Shown one piece after another: positions 11,331-19,356 of a stretch of 64,000 nt of DNA (its first letter is position 1; the number at the start of each line of letters is the position of its first letter). The translations under genes were made by a program, and so were the position numbers. The notes beneath the pieces are model-generated. The model had not been told where the DNA came from, searched no databases, and worked only from the letters and a program-made list of their open reading frames with translations. Source of the DNA: an uncultured Acidobacteriota bacterium (GTDB lineage: Bacteria; Acidobacteriota; Thermoanaerobaculia; Gp7-AA8). Location of the stretch: the NCBI GenBank assembly GCA_937870635.1, contig CALMZP010000046.1:20832-84831 (forward strand). The letters are read 5' to 3'.

Positions 11331-13763
11331 ATGGCCAAGAATCTCGTCATCGTCGAGTCTCCCGCGAAAGCCAAGACCATCAACAAGTTCGTCGGGAAGG
11401 ACTACATCGTCAAAGCCTCGGTCGGGCATGTCCGCGACCTTCCCAAGAGTGTTCTGGGCGTCGACGAAGAGACGTTCGAGCCGCAGTACGAGGTGCTCGA
11501 AGGGAAGGAAAAGGTCGTCAGCGAGTTGAAGGCCGCGGCCAAAAAGGCCGACAAAATCTTCATCGCTTCGGACCCTGATCGCGAAGGAGAGGCCATCGGC
11601 TGGCATGTCATGCACCTTCTCGGCAACGACGCGAAGAAGGTCCAGCGCATTCTGTTTCACGAAATCACCAAGAACGCGGTCCGCAAGGCGATCGACACGC
11701 CGGGCGAGATCGACATGAACAAGGTGAACGCGCAGCAGGCCCGGCGCGTTCTGGATCGTCTCGTCGGATACAAACTGTCGCCGCTCCTCTGGGACAAAGT
11801 GCGCCGCGGGCTGTCGGCGGGACGGGTTCAGTCGGTGGCGATGAAGATGATCGTCGACCGCGAGGAAGCCATCAAAGCGTTCGTCCCCGAGGAGTACTGG
11901 ACGTTCGCGGCGAAGCTCGAGGCCGGTAAGCCGCCCGTGTTCATCGCCAAGCTCTCGAAGGTCGACGGCAAGAAGGCCGAAGTCCCGAACGAAGAGTCGG
12001 CGCGTAAGCTCGAAGCAACGCTCAAGGACGGCGAGTACGTCGTGTCGAACGTGGTGCGCAAGGAGAAGAAACAGTCTCCGGCGCCGCCGTTCATCACCTC
12101 GACCCTCCAGCGCACCGCCTACAACCGCTTCAAGTATCCGGTGAAGCGGACGATGCAGATTGCCCAGAAGCTGTACGAAGGCAAGGAGCTCGGTTCGGAC
12201 GGCCTCGTCGGCCTGATCACCTACATGCGCACCGACTCGGTCCGCATTTCCGAGGACGCGCTCGGTGAAGTGAGGTCTTATATCAGCGCGAAATATGGTG
12301 CTGATATTCTTCCCGAAACTCCTAACTATTATAAGGTCAAAAAAGCTGCACAGGCCCAGGAGGCCCACGAGGCCATCCGGCCGACGTCGACCGAGTTCGA
12401 CCCTGAGCGGGTGAAGGACTACCTCACCAAAGAGGAGTACAACATCTACAAGCTCATCTTCGACCGGTTCGTCGCGTCGCAGATGAAGCAGGCACTGTTC
12501 GACGTCACCGACGTCGACATCGATCGCGCGAACCTCACCCTCCGCGCCTCAGGCGAGGTCCTCAAGTTCCCGGGCTTCCTGGCTGTTTTCCAGGACGCGC
12601 CGACCGAGGATGATGACGATGCGGAGAAAAAGGACGACAAGGCGCTGCCTCCGATGAACGAGGGCGACAAACTCGAGCTCCTCGATCTCGACACGCGCCA
12701 GAACTTCACCCAGCCGCCTCCCCGCTACACGGAAGCGACGCTGGTCAAGGCTCTCGAAGAGAACGGCATTGGCCGCCCGTCCACGTACGGCCAGATTCTC
12801 ACGACCATCCAGGCCCGCGACTACACGTACAAGCACGACGGCAAGTTTCACCCGACGCAGCTGGGCATGCTCGTGACGCGGCTCCTCAAGGAGTCGTTCG
12901 CGGAAATCATCGACGAGGGATACACCGCCAGTCTTGAGCAGGATCTCGACGACATCGAGGAAGGGAAGCTCGACTGGCTGACGGCGATGAAGCGGTTCGC
13001 GAAGAAGTTCAACAAGGACCTCACTCGCGCCGAGAAGGAAATGACCTCGGTCAAGGGCTCGGGAATCGAGACCGACGAAAAGTGCGAGAACTGCGGCGCG
13101 CCGATGATCATCAAGTTCGGCCGCTTCGGAGAGTTCCTCGCATGCAAGAACTATCCGGAGTGCAAGACCACCAAAGAGATCGCCAAGGGCGACGCGGCCG
13201 AGGCGACGGCCGACGACGAGCAGATCATGTGCGAGAAGTGCGGCAAACCGATGGCGCTCAAGCGCTCGCGGTTCGGCCAGTTCTTCGCGTGCACCGGCTA
13301 CCCCGACTGCAAGAACACCAAGGATCCCAAGCTCCTCAAAGCCAACATCCCGACCGAACCACAGCCTCCCTGCGAGAACTGCGGCAAGGAGATGGTGCTC
13401 AAGAGCGGCCGGTACGGCCCGTTTTTCAGCTGCTCGGGTTATCCCGACTGCCGGAACATCCGCAAGATCGGCGGCGGCAAATCGACGCCTCCGAAGCCCA
13501 CCGGGGTCAAATGCCCGACGTGCGGCGAAGGCGAGCTCGTCGAGCGCCGTTCGCGCCGGGGCGTCTTCTTCTCGTGCTCGCGGTACCCGAAGTGCGACTT
13601 CGCGCTGAACAACCGTCCGGTCCCGCGTCCCTGCCCCAAGTGCGGCGCGCCGTACCTGATGGAGAAGGAAACGAAGCGCGAGGGCCACATCGAGCTGTGC
13701 AACAACCCCGACTGCGGCTACCGCGCGCCGATCGAGAAGCCCGAAGTCGTCGCCGCCGAGTAG
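11331..13763 (+). CDS. topA: DNA topoisomerase I with five C-terminal zinc ribbons
   Basis: 810 aa. TOPRIM start LVIVESPAKAKTI, DPDREGEAI, the TYMRTDS active-site region, QEAHEAIRP, then five CxxC...C..C modules. Confidence 0.97.
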   Translation: MAKNLVIVESPAKAKTINKFVGKDYIVKASVGHVRDLPKSVLGVDEETFEPQYEVLEGKEKVVSELKAAAKKADKIFIASDPDREGEAIGWHVMHLLGNDAKKVQRILFHEITKNAVRKAIDTPGEIDMNKVNAQQARRVLDRLVGYKLSPLLWDKVRRGLSAGRVQSVAMKMIVDREEAIKAFVPEEYWTFAAKLEAGKPPVFIAKLSKVDGKKAEVPNEESARKLEATLKDGEYVVSNVVRKEKKQSPAPPFITSTLQRTAYNRFKYPVKRTMQIAQKLYEGKELGSDGLVGLITYMRTDSVRISEDALGEVRSYISAKYGADILPETPNYYKVKKAAQAQEAHEAIRPTSTEFDPERVKDYLTKEEYNIYKLIFDRFVASQMKQALFDVTDVDIDRANLTLRASGEVLKFPGFLAVFQDAPTEDDDDAEKKDDKALPPMNEGDKLELLDLDTRQNFTQPPPRYTEATLVKALEENGIGRPSTYGQILTTIQARDYTYKHDGKFHPTQLGMLVTRLLKESFAEIIDEGYTASLEQDLDDIEEGKLDWLTAMKRFAKKFNKDLTRAEKEMTSVKGSGIETDEKCENCGAPMIIKFGRFGEFLACKNYPECKTTKEIAKGDAAEATADDEQIMCEKCGKPMALKRSRFGQFFACTGYPDCKNTKDPKLLKANIPTEPQPPCENCGKEMVLKSGRYGPFFSCSGYPDCRNIRKIGGGKSTPPKPTGVKCPTCGEGELVERRSRRGVFFSCSRYPKCDFALNNRPVPRPCPKCGAPYLMEKETKREGHIELCNNPDCGYRAPIEKPEVVAAE

Positions 13764-13795
13764 CGACCGAAACTCGTGACTGACATTTCGCGCCG

Positions 13796-14302
13796 ATGAA
13801 CATCCGCGCTGCGACGCCGAGTGACGCCCTCGCTCTCGCGACGATCTACAACTATTACGTCCGCGAAACGATCGTCACCTTCGAGGAAGAGCCCGTCTCT
13901 GTCGAGATCTTCTCGCGCCGGATCGAAGACGTCCTCGCCTCCGCGTTGCCGTGGCTAGTGGCCTTCGAAGATCAGACCGCGGTGGGTTACGCGTACGCCA
14001 CGCCGTGGAAGCCGCGGAGAGGCTATCGATTCTCCGTCGAGGTCACCGTCTACGTGGCGGACGGTTACGCCGGGCGAAGCATCGGCTCCGCGCTTTACGC
14101 CGAGCTCTTTCAGCTTCTGGAGGCCCGTGGTGTCCACGCGGCGATGGGGGGTATTGCCCTGCCGAACGACGCGAGCATGGCTCTGCACGAGAAGTTCGGG
14201 ATGCGAAAGGTCGCTCACTTCGAGCAGGTCGGCTTCAAGTTCGGCCGCTGGATCGATGTCGGATACTGGGAGCGCATTTTTGCGGCGACGGGCGTATGTT
14301 GA
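13796..14302 (+). CDS. GNAT-family N-acetyltransferase (phosphinothricin/amino-acid acetyltransferase-like)
   Basis: 168 aa. ATIYNYYVRETIVTFEEEP ... RGYRFSVEVTVYV ... GRSIGSALY ... LHEKFGMRKV follows the PAT/YncA-like pattern. Confidence 0.8.
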   Translation: MNIRAATPSDALALATIYNYYVRETIVTFEEEPVSVEIFSRRIEDVLASALPWLVAFEDQTAVGYAYATPWKPRRGYRFSVEVTVYVADGYAGRSIGSALYAELFQLLEARGVHAAMGGIALPNDASMALHEKFGMRKVAHFEQVGFKFGRWIDVGYWERIFAATGVC

Positions 14303-14306
14303 TGCC

Positions 14307-14684
14307 ATGCGCGCAGAAAAGCTGTTCAAGGGGCTCGAGTTCGTCGGGACCGCGGACGGGCGTCGGCGGTCGTATCAGGTGTTCGAGGCACCGACTCATT
14401 TCATCGTCGTAGCACTCAACTCACCCCGCTCGGGATACTTCTCGGTCGTCGATCGGGAAGCGGTCGAAACGGCACGCTCGCGATTCGCCGGCAAGACCGT
14501 CACCTCGTCCGATCTCGACGCGAAACTGGCGAAGGGTCGCGTACGGCAGTTCACTTCGCTGAACACGCTGTACGTCCTGGTGGCACAACGTCAGGCGGCG
14601 ATCGACCGGTCGCTCAGCAAGGCGGCCAACTCGTCGCTGTTCTTCAAGATCAAGCCGAAGCCGGCGCGCAAAGTCGCGCACTGA
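14307..14684 (+). CDS. Hypothetical protein
   Basis: ATG at 14307 inside track ORF 14127..14684. GC3-rich codon usage; no motif recognised. Confidence 0.45.
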   Translation: MRAEKLFKGLEFVGTADGRRRSYQVFEAPTHFIVVALNSPRSGYFSVVDREAVETARSRFAGKTVTSSDLDAKLAKGRVRQFTSLNTLYVLVAQRQAAIDRSLSKAANSSLFFKIKPKPARKVAH

Positions 14685-14866
14685 CCCCCCGCCCGCGGTC
14701 CGCTCGTTACCGGACATCCGGCGGGTTGTGGCCTCGGTTGGATTCGACCTACTACTTCATGCTCCCCGCGGCACAGCCTGATCCGGCGATCATCAAACCT
14801 TCGCTCGACAAGCTGAGCCAGGTCAGCCTCTTTCCGTATGACGAGTCGCTGGAATTCGAGAACTGA

Positions 14867-15271
14867 AAAGACGTGGCGGCAGTGGACATGGGTCCCCACC
14901 GAAAGCGTTACGAGACGCTCTTCCGCGAAATGGCGGCGAAGGTCGCTGCCATTCAGGATACCGACGGCTACTGGAAGTCGAACCTTCTCGACCCGAAGGC
15001 GACGCCGCGGCCCGAAACGAGCGGAACGGCGTTCTTCGTCTACGGCCTGGCGTGGGGCGTGAATCAGGGTCTCCTCGAGCGCACGATGTACGAGCCCACG
15101 ATCCGGAAAGGATAGTCGGCCGTCGTTCGCGCGGTGCATCCGGACGGAAAGCTCGGCTGGGTCCAGATGATCGGTGATCAGCCGGGCGATACTTCGGCCG
15201 ATGGGACGGAGATCTACGGAGTCGGCGCGCTGCTGCTCGCCGGTTCCGAAGTGCAGAAGCTGTCGAAATGA
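14867..15271 (+). pseudogene. Decayed C-terminal fragment of a GH105/GH88-type unsaturated glycuronyl/rhamnogalacturonyl hydrolase
   Basis: The frame reads ...HRKRYETLFREMAAKVAAIQDTDGYWKSNLLDP...ETSGTAFFVYGLAWGVNQGLL...IRKG*SAVVRAVHPDGKLGWVQMIGDQP...YGVGALLLAGSEVQKLSK. There is an in-frame TAG at 15113-15115 where family members have Trp (TGG), and an upstream in-frame TGA at 14864. The N-terminal two thirds of the enzyme is missing. Confidence 0.55.
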
Positions 15272-15588
15272 ACTCTTCTTACGAATCGAACTACCGGAAG
15301 GTCGCTCGCGTCGATGAGCTGGGCGACAGGCCGCGCGTGTATCGTGCGGCCGGGGCGACACTCGTCATGAGGCGCGAGGGATCCGACGTCACCGCGATCG
15401 ACGGCTCGTGCCTGACTGACACCTCCTCGGCATCCGAGGAGGTCCGGGTGAAGAGGATCATGGAGTGTGTCGCTGCGGGTGTCGGAAGTTCGACGTCGGA
15501 ATGGAGCGAGCTCCATGCGCGCGCGGGGCTGCCCGTTCGACTCGAGGATGGCGACGTCTGGGTTTGCGTGGAGGGGTGCCGGACGTAG
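15268..15588 (+). CDS. Rieske-fold-like small protein lacking the His ligands
   Basis: 106 aa with a Rieske/NirD-like layout (VARVDELGDRPRVYRAAGATLVMRREGSDVTAIDGSC...VRLEDGDVWV). However, CxH and CxxH read C-L-T and C-V-A-A. The ATG overlaps the stop of the upstream pseudogene (ATGA). Confidence 0.5.
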   Translation: MNSSYESNYRKVARVDELGDRPRVYRAAGATLVMRREGSDVTAIDGSCLTDTSSASEEVRVKRIMECVAAGVGSSTSEWSELHARAGLPVRLEDGDVWVCVEGCRT

Positions 15589-15590
15589 AC

Positions 15591-15626
15591 GGCGCCGGCT
15601 CTTCGCCGGCGCGCCACGTCAGTTTT
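15591..15626 (+). terminator. GC-rich hairpin followed by TTTT between convergent genes
   Basis: GGCGCCGGC-tcttc-GCCGGCGC(g)CC, then acgtcagTTTTg. Lies 3 nt after the stop of the Rieske-like gene. Confidence 0.4.
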
Positions 15627-15643
15627 GCATCGGGCGGGGCTGA

Positions 15644-15814
15644 CTACTCGGCTGCTGCTTTTTCAGCCTTCTTGCGCGGCTTGGCGGCCGGCTTGGCTGG
15701 CTTGGCCGGAGCCGCGAGCGCTGCACTCTTCGCCAGGCGCAGCTTTTCGCGCATCGCCGTGCGGCGTTTCGTGGTGATGTTCGCCCGGGCCTTCTCACCG
15801 TTGATTCTCGACAT
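15644..15814 (-). CDS. Small basic Lys/Ala/Pro-rich protein
   Basis: 56 aa from ATG 15814 with a GAGGAG RBS 7 nt upstream. Sequence: MSRINGEKARANITTKRRTAMREKLRLAKSAALAAPAKPAKPAAKPRKKAEKAAAE. Confidence 0.5.
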   Translation of the reverse strand: MSRINGEKARANITTKRRTAMREKLRLAKSAALAAPAKPAKPAAKPRKKAEKAAAE

Positions 15815-15874
15815 GCATGACTCCTCTGGCAGGGACTCTATCATCCGCTGCGGGTTACGATTGCAGCGAGAACC

Positions 15875-16303
15875 ATGCTCACTGTCGCCGGATTCCTCAT
15901 CCTAGCCGTGGTCGCCGTCGCGGCCGGTGTGCTGACCGTTGGCGCCGTCCGTGGCGCGGGGAGTGCCACCCACCTGGTGGTCTACGGAAGCCTCGCCCCC
16001 GGTGAACCGAACCACCATCTCGTGGCCGGCCTCGGGGGTGAGTGGAGGCCGTGTGTCATCACGGGTACCGTCGAGAACCACAACGGCTACCGGATCTTCC
16101 GGTGGGCCAGAGATGGCGCCCGCATCGACGCGCAGATGCTCATCTCGCAGGAGTTGCCGCGGAACTGGTCGAGGCTCGACGAGTTCGAGGGCAGCGATTA
16201 CCGGCGCGTCGTCATTCCGGCGGAAGTCCGCGGCCGGCAGGTGCTCGCGAACGTCTATACCGACGCGAGGAACGTCCGTACGGGCTCCGAGATCAGGTCG
16301 TAA
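15875..16303 (+). CDS. Gamma-glutamylcyclotransferase (AIG2/GGACT-like) family protein with N-terminal hydrophobic helix
   Basis: 142 aa. VVYGSLAPGEPNHHL ... LDEFEGSDYRRVVIP ... ANVY pattern. Confidence 0.7.
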   Translation: MLTVAGFLILAVVAVAAGVLTVGAVRGAGSATHLVVYGSLAPGEPNHHLVAGLGGEWRPCVITGTVENHNGYRIFRWARDGARIDAQMLISQELPRNWSRLDEFEGSDYRRVVIPAEVRGRQVLANVYTDARNVRTGSEIRS

Positions 16304-17334
16304 TCGATGAGAAAGGTGTCGTGGCCATTCGGCGACGACAGCTCCTCGTGGCGGACATCGCCCTTCATCGCGGCGGCGACCGCCTTCGCCTCATTCGGTG
16401 GGAAGAGCCAGTCGCTGTCGAACGAAACGAGAAGAGTCCTGCCGCGCCACTTCGCGAACGCGGCCTCCAGCGACCCGTGCTGTTCGGCGAGATCCATCTC
16501 GTCCATCGCCGCCTGCACGCGGATGTATGAGTTCGCGTCGTACTGCCCGGAGAACTTCTTCCCCTGATACTCGAAATACGAATCGATTTCGAACTGCCGC
16601 GTCCCGCCGCGACGCCGGCGGCCGAATTTCCGTTGCAGCGATTCTGGTGAGAGATAGGTCATGTGCCCGACCATCCGGGCGATCTGGAGCCCGCGCAGCG
16701 AATCAGGATGTTCGTAGTAGTCGCCGCCGTGAAAATGATGGTCGGCTTCGATGATCTTTCGTCCGATGATGTGCCAGGCGATGCCTTCGACGGGAACGGC
16801 GCCGCCGGTAGCCATGGCGATGATCGACTCCGCCATCTCCGGATACATCGCGCACCACATCAGAACCTGCATGCCGCCGAGGGATCCCCCGGCGATGGAA
16901 CGGAGGCGGGTGATGCCGAGGTGATCGAGGACGAGCTTCTGGGAGACGACCATGTCTTCGATGGTCGGCCACGGATAGTGCGACCCGTACGGCTTGCCGG
17001 TCGCCGGGTTGATCGACTTCGGAGCGGTGGTGCCGAACGGAGATCCGGGCAGGTTCACGCAGACGACGAAGTAGCGCGCGAGGTCGATCGCCTTGTCGTG
17101 CCCGATGAGCCCGTCCCACCAACCGGCCTTCTCCTCCTCGGCATCCGTGTATTTGCCCGCGGCGTGTGCGCTGGCCGAGAGCGCGTGACAGACGAGGATC
17201 GCGTTCGAGCGGTCGGCGTTCAATTCGCCAAACGTCTCATAGACGATCGTGAACGGCGCGATCGTCTGGCCATGCATGAACCTGAAGCCGTCCGGAAGGA
17301 CGAGCTCTTTCGGCGGCGCCGAAATGAACGTCAT
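16255..17334 (-). CDS. metX: Homoserine O-acetyltransferase
   Basis: 359 aa. ILVCHALSASAHAAG, WWDGLIGHDKAIDLARYFVVCVN, nucleophile elbow AGGSLGGMQ, C-terminal SPNGHDTFLI. Confidence 0.93.
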   Translation of the reverse strand: MTFISAPPKELVLPDGFRFMHGQTIAPFTIVYETFGELNADRSNAILVCHALSASAHAAGKYTDAEEEKAGWWDGLIGHDKAIDLARYFVVCVNLPGSPFGTTAPKSINPATGKPYGSHYPWPTIEDMVVSQKLVLDHLGITRLRSIAGGSLGGMQVLMWCAMYPEMAESIIAMATGGAVPVEGIAWHIIGRKIIEADHHFHGGDYYEHPDSLRGLQIARMVGHMTYLSPESLQRKFGRRRRGGTRQFEIDSYFEYQGKKFSGQYDANSYIRVQAAMDEMDLAEQHGSLEAAFAKWRGRTLLVSFDSDWLFPPNEAKAVAAAMKGDVRHEELSSPNGHDTFLIDYDLISEPVRTFLASV

Positions 17335-17356
17335 GAAGCGGCGAGGATAGCAGGTT

Positions 17357-17436
17357 GGATTTTAGATTTTGGATTTTGGATTTTGGATTGAACTCCCTTT
17401 GAGGAGGGGGCAATCCAAAATCCAAAATCCAAAATC
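17357..17436. repeat. Tandem-heptamer hairpin, unit GGATTTT / AAAATCC
   Basis: Left arm 17357-17389, right arm 17412-17436, with 25 bp of perfect complementarity. Lies directly 3' of the pspC-domain gene on the minus strand. Confidence 0.95.
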
Positions 17437-17438
17437 TC

Positions 17439-17648
17439 TCAGGCCTCCTCGGCCGGAGCCTTCGGCACGATGACCCACAGGATGATGTAGGCGATCGTTC
17501 CCGGGAACGCCGCCGAGAGGATCGACACGAGAATGTAAAGGAAGCGGACCATGGTCACGCTCCAGCCGAGCCACTCGGCGATGCCTCCACATACTCCGGC
17601 GATGATGCTGTGTCTGCGTGAACGATAAAGCGGCATGTCACTCCTCAT
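17439..17648 (-). CDS. PspC-domain membrane protein
   Basis: 69 aa. LYRSRRHSIIAGVCGGIAEWLGWSVTMVRFLYIL matches the PspC domain. The ATG overlaps the ligase stop (ATGA). Confidence 0.8.
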   Translation of the reverse strand: MRSDMPLYRSRRHSIIAGVCGGIAEWLGWSVTMVRFLYILVSILSAAFPGTIAYIILWVIVPKAPAEEA

Positions 17649-19297
17649 TCTGTTGCTTCCGTGGAATCCTGAGCTTCGCGTTTCAGCTGCCCTTCATAGA
17701 TACGGCGAACTTCATCGATGGTTGAGATCTCATCGACCGTCTTGTCGTCCCTGATCCGGGCGATGCGGGGGAAGCGTAGCGCGTATCCCGACTTGTGCCG
17801 CGAAGACTGCTGGATCCTGTCGAATGCAATTTCCAGGACGACCTTCGGCTCGACGGCGTGGACCGGGCCGTAGCGGGCGGTCGTCGTCGCCTGGAAGTGC
17901 GTGGTGAGCCGCTCGATCTCGGCGTCAGTCAGGCCGCTGTAGGCCTTGCCGATGTTGACCAGCTCGGCATCGCGTCGAACGGCGAAGGTCAGGTCCGAGA
18001 GCACGGCGCGCCGCCGGCCGTTGCCGTACTGCGCTGCCGTGACGACGCAGTCGAGCGTCGCGAGCGCCTTCTTGTACTTCAGCCACGATTTGCCGCGGCG
18101 TCCGGGGGTGTAGATGGACCGGGAATCCTTGACGACAAGGCCTTCGTTCGCGCGCGCTCGCGCGGCGTCGAAAAGCGCATCGACTTCCTCTGACGTATGG
18201 ACCGCCGACTGGTGGGAAGGACGAATCGCCCGGGCGCCATCGCCAGCGTTTCGAAGGACGTCGCGAAGCCTGGCCAGACGCTCCAGGAGCGGAAGCTCGA
18301 ACAGCGCGCTGCCATCGGCGAACAGCAGATCGAACGCGAAGAACACGACCGGTGCCTCGGCTAGCAGTGTCTCGCTGATCTTCTTCCGGCCGAGCCGCTT
18401 CTGAATCGTCGCGAAAGGGAGGATGCGATCGCTGAACGCGACGATTTCGCCGTCGAGAATCAGGCCGCTGCCGAGTGAAGCCGCGGCCTGTTCGACCTCC
18501 GGAAAACGATGCGTCACGTCATCGAGCGTGCGTGAATAGATCCGCACGGTGCTCCCATCGGTGTGAATCTGCGCTCGGATCCCGTCGTACTTGTCGTCGG
18601 CCAGCGCGCCCTCGCCGAGTGCGGCGATGATCTCGGCCGGATCTTCCTCCGGCTGCGCGAGCATGAAGGCGAACGGATGAAAAAGCGACATCCTCGCCGT
18701 CGACAGCATGTCGCTCTTCGCCAGCAGCGCTGCAGCGCCGATGTCGCCGGTGAACATGTTGGCGCGGCGAACCGCGTCGAGCTCGCGCCCGAAGGCTTTC
18801 GCGATCGCGGACTCGACGAGTCCCTCCTGCAGTCCGATCCTGACCTCGCTCTGCAGGATCTTGACGATGAAGCGGGCGCCCTGCCCGTTCACCTTCCTGA
18901 GCAGCTCGACGAGAACGCGTTCCTTGTCAGCGGGGCCTGACGCGGCTGCAAGCGAGTCGAATGTCTCACCGACCTCCGACAGCGTCACATCTTTTTGTGC
19001 GTCTCCGTAAAGCTCCGCCACGGCATCACCGAGGTCCGCGTATTTCGGATAGATCTCCCAGAGCTCGTCGAGCGACTTTCCGCTCGCCTCGGCGACGGCA
19101 TCGGCGATCGTCGACCAGCCCACACCCGTTACCCGCTGTTCACGCCGCGGAAAGGGAGCACCGGAGAAAAACACCACCGCGCGCTCCAGGGAGGCGTCGT
19201 CGAGGGTGACCAGGTAGTCCGCCAGCACTCTCTCCTTGACGCTCTTTTTCGTGGTGGCGCCGATCTCGTTTGCGGCCTGTGAGAAGTCGGACAGCAT
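17645..19297 (-). CDS. lig: ATP-dependent DNA ligase (Lig1/LigB-type with N-terminal DNA-binding domain)
   Basis: Adenylation motif I DDKYDGIRAQIH, followed by FDLL..DG, EGLVVKD and a GKSWLKYKK OB-fold region. I prefer ATG 19297 over the maximal start at 19339. Confidence 0.9.
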   Translation of the reverse strand: MLSDFSQAANEIGATTKKSVKERVLADYLVTLDDASLERAVVFFSGAPFPRREQRVTGVGWSTIADAVAEASGKSLDELWEIYPKYADLGDAVAELYGDAQKDVTLSEVGETFDSLAAASGPADKERVLVELLRKVNGQGARFIVKILQSEVRIGLQEGLVESAIAKAFGRELDAVRRANMFTGDIGAAALLAKSDMLSTARMSLFHPFAFMLAQPEEDPAEIIAALGEGALADDKYDGIRAQIHTDGSTVRIYSRTLDDVTHRFPEVEQAAASLGSGLILDGEIVAFSDRILPFATIQKRLGRKKISETLLAEAPVVFFAFDLLFADGSALFELPLLERLARLRDVLRNAGDGARAIRPSHQSAVHTSEEVDALFDAARARANEGLVVKDSRSIYTPGRRGKSWLKYKKALATLDCVVTAAQYGNGRRRAVLSDLTFAVRRDAELVNIGKAYSGLTDAEIERLTTHFQATTTARYGPVHAVEPKVVLEIAFDRIQQSSRHKSGYALRFPRIARIRDDKTVDEISTIDEVRRIYEGQLKREAQDSTEATE

Positions 19298-19312
19298 GCC
19301 TTCAGCCTTGCG

Positions 19313-19320
19313 TATAGAAT
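19313..19320 (+). promoter_or_regulatory. TATAGAAT -10-like box upstream of mdh
   Basis: 37 nt before ATG 19357. The same octamer or close variants recur upstream of other starts: 58707-58714, 41582-41589, 9109-9114 and 51319-51326. Confidence 0.3.
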
Positions 19321-19356
19321 GCGCGCGCAAATTACACACCAGACGAGGGTTTTGCG

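Noticed and set aside
15113-15115. TAG as a recoded (pyrrolysine or read-through) codon in the GH105-like frame
   Set aside because: The gene also lacks its N-terminal two thirds and has another in-frame stop upstream (14864). TAG is one transition from the expected TGG. A pseudogene or a sequencing error is the simpler reading.
14591-15361. 256-aa minus-strand ORF across the pseudogene region
   Set aside because: No motifs and an Arg-rich composition. It is antisense to the frame that carries clear GH105/GH88-like blocks.
17237-17425. Short ORFs translating the tandem repeats (for example ...GWILDFGFWILD, FNIEHS-type and SEAKRGISG-type peptides at 16663..17391, 57249..57614, 20410..20625)
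   Set aside because: Their apparent periodic peptides are simply the tandem DNA repeats read in frame. They overlap real genes or lie wholly in hairpin arms, and they have a mirror ORF on the other strand.
17335-17438. SAM riboswitch or other leader upstream of metX
   Set aside because: The 104-nt region is fully accounted for by the GGATTTT heptamer hairpin and its loop. I could not see any of the conserved SAM-I or SAM-II sequence blocks.
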